DNA of 64,000 nt from assembly GCA_015680685.1 (NCBI GenBank), contig MNCI01002011.1:570470-634469 (forward strand), read 5' to 3'. Position 1 is the first letter of the stretch; each line of letters begins with the position of its first letter. The DNA is from Gnetum montanum (Eukaryota; Plantae; Gnetophyta). Shown one piece after another: positions 37,221 to 47,218 of the stretch. The notes under the pieces were generated by a model. That model saw only the letters and a list, made by a program, of their open reading frames with translations. It ran no database searches and was not told the origin of the DNA. Made by a program: the position numbers and the translations under genes.

Positions 37221-40200
37221 ATGAATACTGCCAACACCAACATTTCAACCAAGTCCATTCTAGACACCATTGGCCCCATGACGATGTCGATACCCATTAT
37301 GCAACCCATAGGGGCCCACGGTGAGGTCAATCCCCAGGGAGGACCTCACTGATCTCTCAGACTACAAGGGAAGAATCCATCATTTAATATCATAACACAA
37401 GAATAGTATAACTTCATATGTGTGAAGATCCAAGCCGGCTTGGCAGTATATCAAACTGAACTAGAGGCCAAGAAATAGTATGAACTGGTTCATAAGGGAG
37501 GACATGAGTTCATCCCCTCCGCATATGACATCATCCCTCTTCCAGAGCACTACTCTGAGCTCATTTCACAGCTCCTAGTAAGAAGTCAATCTCAAGACCA
37601 ATCCATAGTAAATCCTCAATTAGAAGAGGAGGATGACTTTGTGGCACAGTCTGAACATGAGGATTCATACCATACTCAAAGTCCGCACACTTATGTGAAC
37701 CCATTATTTCATCCCTTCACATGGGAGACTATGTCTCTCCATTCATTTAAAACCACTCAAGCACATGTGCCTCAGCAGGAACCATCTACTCTTGTTCCCA
37801 CTCTCCTGGTGACCGATACTCAATTCAATATACCCATCACCACTATTCCTCCCGTTACCACCTTACCCCTTCTTTTACAAATACAACCCCAACAACACCC
37901 GCCTCAAGCTAATGTAGGAGTGACATTCCCACCCCAAGTGATTGGGATGCCATTTGTGATACTGGCTTCTACATCCACTCACTATATACCATGAATTCAA
38001 ATCCAAGGAGCACCCTTCATCACCACAACTCAACAAGTTTAGGGTGTTCCCTCACAAATTATGCCTGAACAGTGGGCTGTGACTGGTATGCAACCGCATC
38101 AACCCCTTCACTACAACATACCACATCCTACAAATCCACCCATGAACATCCCTCAAGTACAACAACAACAACAACCCTTTCCTTATAGTATGCCACCCCT
38201 AGTAGCACCTACCATGAATATTCCACAAGCGCAACCTCTAACCACTCAACTTTCCTCTTTCCCGTCCACCGTACAACAATCTAACTTGTATAATACACAA
38301 CATAACCAATCTTCCAACTCACCTAGGGCCCAAGACTGGGCTAAAACCAAAAAACTGATGCAAGAGCTAATTGATGAGGTCAAGCACCTCAAAACAACTA
38401 CTGACGAAGAGCTTAAGATAGTAGATTTCTATCAGGATGACCCTATCAGCGCTTCAGTTCCACCTCTAACATTACCTAAGGGTGTTTCCTTACCCACGTT
38501 AACTAAATACAATGGGAAAACAAACCCCAACTCCCATCTCATAATGTTTAGACTAGAGTGTGTGTTGCTTCAAGCATGGCCATATGCCATCTTGCGAGTG
38601 CTCCCCATGTCCCTCACAGGGAGAGCACTTGATTGGTATCGGGCTTTGCCCCAAAATTCCATATCTTCTTTGGAAGATTTATTACACCAATTCGTTACCA
38701 GATTCAAGTATAACTTGAAGCCTGAAGCAACACTTGACAGCTTCATACAGGTCAAGCAAGCACCGCTTGAACCTATTCAAAAATTTATTCAATGGTGGAG
38801 TGCTGCCCTCAATGAGCTCCATGAGTCAATCCTGGAGACTTATCTCCTCACTATTCTAAAGGGGGCTGTTAATGATTTTGTAAAGTCCAAACTATACTAT
38901 CTTAATACATGCACCCTTAGCCAAGATTTTGTACAAATAAAGAATATTGAAGAGGCTACACAAAACAGTCATGACCCAGCCTATTTCACCTTTAAAAACC
39001 AACATAATAAGAAAGACAAAGAAAAGGCTAAAGCAACAGTAGCAGCAATAGCAGAAACCCAACAAGCGAAAATGCAACAACAAGGTAAACCGCCTACTGC
39101 CCCCACTAACTATACTAGACCCACTCCCACTGCTACTCCCGGACCGTCCACATCACAAAATGCTACACTAGGTCATGCGAGAAACTTTGAGAGGAGAGAC
39201 CCCTCTCAATATACACCATTGCCCATGAAACCTTTGCAATTATTTGACTAACTCTTGAAGGCTAGGCTAATGAAACATAAACAATTGTCCCTTGTGGCAA
39301 TTCAAAGACACGATCGATTCTGCGAATTGGTCGAGAACCCAAGCTTGGCGACACCAAATGAACCCCCAGTTCCAAGAGGCTTTATAGTAGATCGCTTTTG
39401 TGAGTACCATCAACGTAATGGGCATGGAACTAACTACTATTTCACCTTGAAATAAGACATTCAACGAATGATTGATGGAGGTGAGATCACTTTTGATGAG
39501 GCCAACCTGGTCAAACCACAAAATCAGTCCATGGGCATATATAAAGATCCCCTAAATACTAAGGAAGCACCATACGTAATTAACACTATCTACTTAGACA
39601 ACGAACAAGAAGCACCTAGGATTAACACCATTTATTTAGATGATGAAAAACCAACACCTAGGAGACCCTTTGTAGTTTGTATTCCTCCCACTACAAAAAC
39701 ACCCGTACCTCAATCATCATACCCTCCATATAACCCGCCTACCCCGCAAAGACCCTGTGTCATCTAGGTACCTCCTGCGGTGGTAGCCTCTACCATACCA
39801 CCACAAGCTAAACCATACGTAGTGCATGTACCTCCTACCGCTACTACCGCAAACACGCAACCTCCTACCCAGCCCGCTCCCTATGTAGTCCAGGTGCCAC
39901 CCACGGTTGCAACTATAGAGGCATAGCCCCAAACTAGACCAACTCCATATGTTGTCAGGATACCTAAACATCCTAATAACCAACAACCTTCCACTCCGCA
40001 AACACAAAATAGATCGACCTCGTATGTTGTTAGGGTGCCTAGGCAGCCTGACACTCAACCACCTTCAACTGTCCAATCGCAACCCCGTCCTACTCCATAC
40101 GTCATACGGGTTCCAAAGCAACCTAATGTTTAGAAACCCAGTATTCCCCTACGCCACACGCGGGAACGCCTGGCAGACAGGCTCACACGGGAACGCTTGG

Positions 40201-41480
40201 AGAAAAAACATCAATGGCTTGCCTTAGGACCCCCCAAGCCTACTCCATTAAGTGCAGTACCCATGACATCACCTAATAACGAATCAAACACGAGCTATAA
40301 GGGAGAATCATCAGGAATACATGATACATCCAGATCAACGGTTATGAAAGAAAATGTCAAACTAGCTACACATGAGATAAAACTGTTGGGCCCGATGGAC
40401 CAAGTAACCACTAGCAAGCATACACCTAACTGTAAAGATTTAACAACAACCCTAACATAGGTTACGCAGGCAGTTAAATAGAAAAACACTTCATTAAGCT
40501 TATATGACCTGATGTTAACTTCTCAAACTCATTGCAAAGCCCTAGTACGTATGTTGACATCAATCCCAGTAAATGAAGACTTACCTTCGAATGAAGTTTC
40601 CATTCATGTAGTAATGTATTTGCCTCAAGGGTCGACTTCTAAATCACTAGGCTTCCATACTAACAACATCAAAATTGATGAGAAAATAGGAGAAGTGACA
40701 ACTACACCTATGTTCATAATCATACAAGTAAATCAATTCAAAATACATAGAGTGCATGTAGATGATAGAGCTGCCACAAACGTAGTACCCTATCCCGTCA
40801 TTGAACAATTAGGGGTTACAGAACTAATTAGACCAACCTCCACCACATGTTTAAAATTGTCTAGTGGATCACGCGTAGTAGTAAAAGGCACCATAACTTT
40901 GGAATTTATAGCAGGGGATTGTTTCCCCATGTCTGCTAACTTTGTTGTCATCGACAAAATGCCAGGGTTCAATTTAATATTAGGAAGACCCTGGCTAGCC
41001 CAACTCAAAGCAGTCTCTTCCCCCATACACCAAGAGATCCACCTACCTTATGAAGGTGGTGAAATCATTATACACTGGGAAGCTGCTACACCTACCATCT
41101 CATCACATATGGATACAAACCAAGGCTTGGAGGTTAATTTTGAAGAGCTTAAACAGGATGACACAAAGGAGAAAGAAAGTTGCATACAACCAGAAAACAA
41201 TGATCCATCAGACATAAAAGAAACTTCACCTAGCATAGAAACACCCGAACCTAAAATTGTACATACACCGCCTAACCTAGAAACTGCAACAAACATAGAA
41301 AGTACTATACATACGGAAACACTAGAAGAGACCAACATGGAGCCTGTTCCATTAGACGTCCCTTGGGCTGAATTACTGTTCAACATGATCAGCGAAGGGG
41401 ACGCTGAGTACAGAATCATACCTATTAATGCCACTTTGAACAATAAATTAAGAAAACTAAAAAAATTACTAAACTATTAA
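37221..41480 (+). pseudogene. gag: B gag-protease (interrupted mainly by nonsense substitutions)
   Basis: Gag core KYNGKTNPNSHL...SLTGRALDWY. Tat-type C-x2-H-x4-H knuckle FCEYHQRNGH. Aspartic protease VHVDDRAATNVV...FNLILGRPWL. Confidence 0.93.
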
Positions 41481-42060
41481 ACTACATTCATTGTCCGAAA
41501 TGATGTTAAATTATCATATGTCTGCAACGACATAAAACTAGCCACGGCTAGAAATGGCTGGTTTACCAAGAAACCCACTAGTATCACTTGAAACTTCTCT
41601 TGTTTACATATGGCTCGAAATGGCCTTAAACTAGAGCATTTCCTTATATTTTTTTTCTCTCAATTCAAGTTTACTATTCGAATTTATGCTTACATTGTTG
41701 CATTATCGGTTACAGTTTCCCTTCATATTCCCCCTTTTACATGATTATGCTTCAATTACAATTACATTCCTGCTTCCATTCCTACTTCTTGCATTACACT
41801 TAAACAACAAAATGAACAAAAACATTTTACACTGCTACATTGTGTTTACATTCAAGCCCAAAAGAACAAAAGGATTTACACTTCAAATCTACCCGTATCA
41901 GTGTTCAAACAAACTCAAAATTCAAACAAAAAAATGAATAATAGAAAACTCAACCGAAAAATTGTATAAATGTGTCAAAGTCAAATTACAACTTAGCACA
42001 ATGTCTCCACACAATACACAAATCATATACATAATCACAAAAAAAAAAATCAAATCAAAA

Positions 42061-45000
42061 CTAGGCATCAAATCTAGGAGGAGCTTGATCTTCAGGCTCC
42101 TCCGCATCATCTTGCCCCACTCCACTAGGGCCACCTTCTTGGCCACCGTCATCCTCGTGACTCTGTAAAAGGTAAAAGAAAATAATTAATAAAGAAAGAT
42201 GACATTTTCTGCTAAAAACTAATAAACAAAATTGACAAGTCTAAATGACTTACCGAAGATGATCCTCATAAACCAAACTCCAACCAACGAAGGATTTCCT
42301 CTTCAGGGACACTTGCCTAGTCGATTCCATCAAGACCCAGATCAATGTTGGCTAAGGCCTTCCCTTTGTCCACCATGGACCAAGTGGGATGTTTAAGAGG
42401 AAAATCACCCATAGAAACCTCCCTAGAAGCTGTAGTGATAACCCTCTTGGGAGACTCCATCTCTACCACAGTGTGCTTAGCAAATGCGTCAAATGAAGAT
42501 TGTAAGCCTAAACCATCTACAAACATCTCTAGCTGACGCTTCTCTATCGATTGCTCCTTTAATGATATTTTATAATGATACTTATGCATCTTTTCATCTT
42601 GACCCCATTTCTGCACTTTATACGCAAAAAATTTCCAATCTTGACATTTGAGATTCAGCAAATCTATCTGTGCCTTGCACTTTGCTAGCTCCTGGGTCAT
42701 AGTTACTTGGCGATTCAATAAATTCCAATACCTAGTTTAAGTAATCTCAGAGGTTTGCCAAGAATGATCACCCATCAACCTTGCCGAGGCAAACTCATAG
42801 CGCAACTTAAAATCATCTCGTTCTACTGTTAGCCTGGCAATCTCCTTTTCCCCCACCTGAATTTGCAACCATAGTTTCTTGATGGAACACCTACAGGCCC
42901 AAAGAGACTTGGCATTCTGCACAACACATTCTGGCACCTCATCATAGATCTGTCTTGGCACTTGCTCAATATTTGATGGTAGTGCAGGTAGACTATCAAT
43001 ACAAGTGGCCTCAGATGGATCCCACTTCAGCTTAGTCCCTATCCACGTGAGAAGAACATGCATTAGACATTGGACGGTGGAAACGGATGTGAAAACCAAA
43101 GGACTAAAATGCTTAAGACATATGTACCTATTTTAGGATGAGCTTTCTGGACACGATCAACTACCTCATCAATGATACCAAGGACAAAATCCATTTTACT
43201 TGGCATCTCGATCCAAGTAAATAGTTCATTTGTAGGAGATGCATCAACTTCAGTGGTCGTTCCCATTGGAGTCTTCATCATAGGTATTTCCAAACGGACA
43301 TTAGAAATCATCCTAGTTTCAACATTTTTTCCTAGTAGTAGGAAAAACATAAAATTAAAACTCTGAATAATAGAAATAACAATTCAAGAGCTAAATAAAC
43401 ATAATAAGGAGAGCATACCGAAATCTCTGTCGTCTTCTCGATTCGGGGGATCACCAAGGTCTAACCTTCCTTCGAAGAAACCATCAAACATCTTGTCGAC
43501 TTCATCCTGATCATCAATGTGACCCTTTTCTGTGGTGTCTCCCTCTTGCTCTTTCGCTTCTTCACTCAGAGGGGAAGGGACTTCCATCTCGTTGTTGCCC
43601 ACTTCGTCCTCCTCATCCAAATTCGTTGGGACCTCTTCCTCCTCGATGATCGATGCTAACCCCTCTCTCCTTACTTCAGGAGTTAGCTCTGACGACATTC
43701 ATAAGTTCACATTAGTTTTGCATAAATGATCAAAAAAATTTCATAAAATAATAATAAGAATAATGATAATAAAACAAAGATAAATGAGTGACTCAAGCTT
43801 ACTTACCCCGTGCAGGCATTTTAAACCGTATACGTTTCACTTTTGGTTCATCTACAGCCAGAGCAACCTCTCTTGAGCGCTTAGGTTTTTCAACTCTTCA
43901 TTTTGCCTTCCCGATGGTTTCCTTGATTACCTGATCAACTATCCTAGTAGTGTAGGGCACATAACCTGGTTCCAACCCTACGCTATCACGCGTATGGATT
44001 GAATGGCTAGATGATCCCCTTGTCGTAACAGAAATCGATTTGTCAATCCCCTCGGGAGCATCTTGAGATTTAGTCATCTCAAATAAGTGGTGAATCCATG
44101 GGCAAGACAGTTGGCCAGTGCCTTAACACGTACTTGTTGTCCACACGAGCAACTAGAAATTCAGCCAGTTGACGCAAATAACCGACGAAGAATGCAAAGG
44201 TGAAATGGGACTGCACCTCAATGTTCGAACACAACCTCACTATCTCCTCATGGAAACCTGAAAGTAAATACTGTGCCCAATTATAACAGACCCTAGTCTC
44301 CAAAATCATGCGCATGATACGCACAGATTCTACCCCAAAAGTCCTCACTTGGGACAGGGACTTTGGAAACACTCGTGCTCTAAACAGGGGATACAGTTCA
44401 TTAACTTCAGTTACTTTTGATTGTCCCTGCATAGGGAATCCCTTAGCACCTTTAAGAACACCCAACTAGTTCTCCAACTCACGAACCACATGGATCTCCT
44501 TATGTGCTCTATCCAAAATCACTTTAGCCCTAGCTGCTGGTACACTGAAGAAGTCTAAAAAGAACTCCGCCGATAGATGGAAGGCTACTTTGATTCACTT
44601 GACGCGAGTGCTATAGTAAGTAATAGCTTCATTGAAAGAATCAACGATCGTAATCATCTCGGTCATAGAGACATCAGGACTTGGGCCGTAAATAACTCCA
44701 TGAGGCCAGCATCACTTAGACAACTAATAATATGTGGTGGTGCCTTATCACGTAGCCATCATTGTACATCGCTGATCTCCCCGAATTTCATGTCCAAAGT
44801 GCCCTCAGTCTGCCCAGTTGTGATGGTGACTCCACCAGGGGGAACAACCACTGTATGCATAGGGGAACATTGATGGAGTCAATATAACCAACGATGTAGT
44901 AGAACAAACAAACGTTAAGCATCAAAAATACTATTACTTACCGTTAGATAATGGATTAGGATCATTAGAAGACAAATTAACATCGCATGGGAAAACTGGT

Positions 45001-46367
45001 CCATTATGGGACCAATCCCCATGTAGCCACCCCCGAGCCTCACATTGTGCAAATGTCTTGGAGTATCGTTTGTGAAAATGAACAATTTCACCCTTAGTCT
45101 GGGCTAACATAGCACCACGGAGAGTGGGACCTGCCATGAAAGTCTCTAAGGCGGTATGAGTGAATGCAAGTCCATCATCACCTACGCATACTCCTTCTTT
45201 GTCAAATTGGGGCCTATAAAGGAACAACGGTCAAAACCTGAACAACCACTAAGCATCAGAACAGAAACAATAAATTAAAAAACCTTACCTCTCTACCCGG
45301 TACACTATTCCAGGAGGATTCTGGAACAATGTGTGTGCACGAGCGGCTAGGAACAAGGTGCTGTTGATGTCGTGAAAGCCATGTGATAATAGGTCCCATA
45401 CACATGATAATGGATGGGTAGATCTGGGTCCTCCATAGGGACCATCCTCAATCATAAGTAATCCCTCGTCGATGTCCACCATGAAAGCCACAATGCCATT
45501 TGAGGATCCTGGTAACATAGTCTCGAGCACGCTCCGCGCTAATTGTTCACTTAGATGGGACCATATTACCACATTGAATCTTTCTAAGATGAAAGTAAGG
45601 AACTCGCTGGTACCTGCTCTAAACCATACCCCATTTCGATCAATGGTCATATCGGGAGCTGATTCGTCAGAATCAATAAGCCCAAACCATGCCGGAACTC
45701 CAACAAGCTCCACCACTAGGAGGAAAGGTTTGGGATCCCTACAAGTATCCAAGAACCAGAGTAAACATGCTATGCAAGAATGAAGTTTTACAATAGATGC
45801 TAACACTTGAAAATTTCTCAAAGTTCATGCCCAGCGTGAACACCCCGCATGATGGCACACCCAGCGTGGACACCCTACATGCTGGAATTTTTGAGGTGTG
45901 CAGATCATTGATGCTAGGAGTGCAAGCGTGCAAACCTCGCACGTCGAGTGTTTCAACCCCTCCCCCCTAGACGATGAACATATAACCAAAAACTACCAAA
46001 CATAAAATTCGCCATGCACAAAGGGACAATGTTGACGCTGGCCTGCACGCTAACATCTACGCTACGGAAACAAGACAGGCCTCACACAATGTGCCGAAAT
46101 CAGGAAAATTGACAGAAATAGTAAGTGAAAATACAAATTTTGACAAAAGATCAGGGCCTACCGGCATGTCGATCCAGACCATGATGGGATCGCGGGTTTG
46201 GGTAGGCACTGGAGCATCGCCTCACTTTCCTCAATGAAGGTCAAGCTAGGCTCCTTCCTTCCTTGGTCTTTCGCTTGCTTGCTATTACCCATCACGTTCA
46301 CACTGAACCCTTCACGTTGAGGGTTTTGGTCCTCCCTGCACATTGAGGGTTTTGTTAGGACGTACAT
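42061..46367 (-). pseudogene. Antisense 8-exon accessory gene of B (~1100 aa): FCP1/NIF HAD-like domain, transposon-accessory-like domain, basic patch, acidic region, coiled coil
   Basis: Exons (minus): 46367-46162, 45738-45289, 45213-44942, 44850-43807, 43688-43419, 43331-43128, 43038-42254, 42162-42061. All seven introns are T-rich GT..AG and join in frame (phases 2,2,1,1,1,1,0). A few stops and two frameshifts in exon 4. Start codon uncertain. Confidence 0.88.
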
Positions 46368-46499
46368 GCTGAATCCTTCTGTTCAACTCGCCGTGTCCCG
46401 ATCTTCGCTACTTGAGCTACCTCCAAAGCACCGAATCCTCTCCTACTCTTCCCCTGCAATCAGATCCTCGCCTCCTCGCTGCAGTGAATTGACTGGGAT

Positions 46500-46690
46500 T
46501 CACGCTGACGCCGTGGGCCTGAGGTTCACGCTGAAACTGCCACCTGAAGTTCACGCTGAAACTGCCGCCTAAGGTTCACACTGAAACTGTCACCTGAAAT
46601 TCACACTGATGCTACAACGTCGAAGTTCACGTTCATGCTGCAAAATTAAACTCATGCTCACGCTGCAAGATTGGGTTCATGCTGCAGTCA
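46500..46690. repeat. ~26-bp tandem repeats with TTCACGCTG core upstream of B antisense exon 1
   Basis: ttcacgctgaaactgccacctgaag repeated about four times, then decayed copies. Confidence 0.85.
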
Positions 46691-47218
46691 CAAAAGTAGC
46701 TTGCTCATTGGTTATGTTAAATTACTCTTATAAGCCCTCACGCTCCTCATCACCCTTGTTGAAATCGGCACTTTGAGTCTTTTTTTACTCCAACATAAAA
46801 TTGAAATTTTACTCCAAATATTGGTTAAACATTACTTGCATAGGACCTTCCCTCTCATATTGACTCATTTTAATTGAACTAAACATCTTGATACATACTC
46901 TTCATCTCACAGTCTCACACTCAGTAACAATTACAAATCGCACAATCAATTAGAAATCGTAAACGAACAGCCACATTCTGCCCGGTAAGGCCTTAAACTA
47001 CCGCAATTGGCCTAGTAAGGCCCTATATTGCCATGATCAGTCCATTATGACTATAAACTGACAGGAAAGGCCCGACATCTCCCTAAAATGCCATGCGTCT
47101 AGGTACGATGATAAACTAGCACCGCATACCTTAGTCACTGTCACATGTACACATGAGTTACATTGCTTGGAAAGCATAACAACCCCCCTAGCTCACTTTT
47201 CTCCCTGTTTATTGGTAG

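Noticed and set aside
41400-41415. ga|gtacag as donor of the PR-RT intron
   Set aside because: It is phase 2, whereas the acceptor at 47218 needs phase 1; donor left unassigned.
44079-44130. ORF-track ending HWPTVLPMDSPLI as real protein, and a second shared frameshift
   Set aside because: Comparison with A shows the +1 frame (LS.PWI.HLF) is the conserved one, and A reads through it in frame, so this shift is private to B.
45238-45240. Alternative CAG acceptor for B antisense exon 3
   Set aside because: It gives a 51-nt intron and an in-frame TGA. The TAG acceptor at 45214-45216 gives 75 nt and aligns exactly with A's exon start.
42061-46367. Antisense gene as a resident host gene or an independently nested transposon
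   Set aside because: It lies inside a TSD-bounded element, recurs at the same internal position in a second family, and has no termini or TSD of its own.
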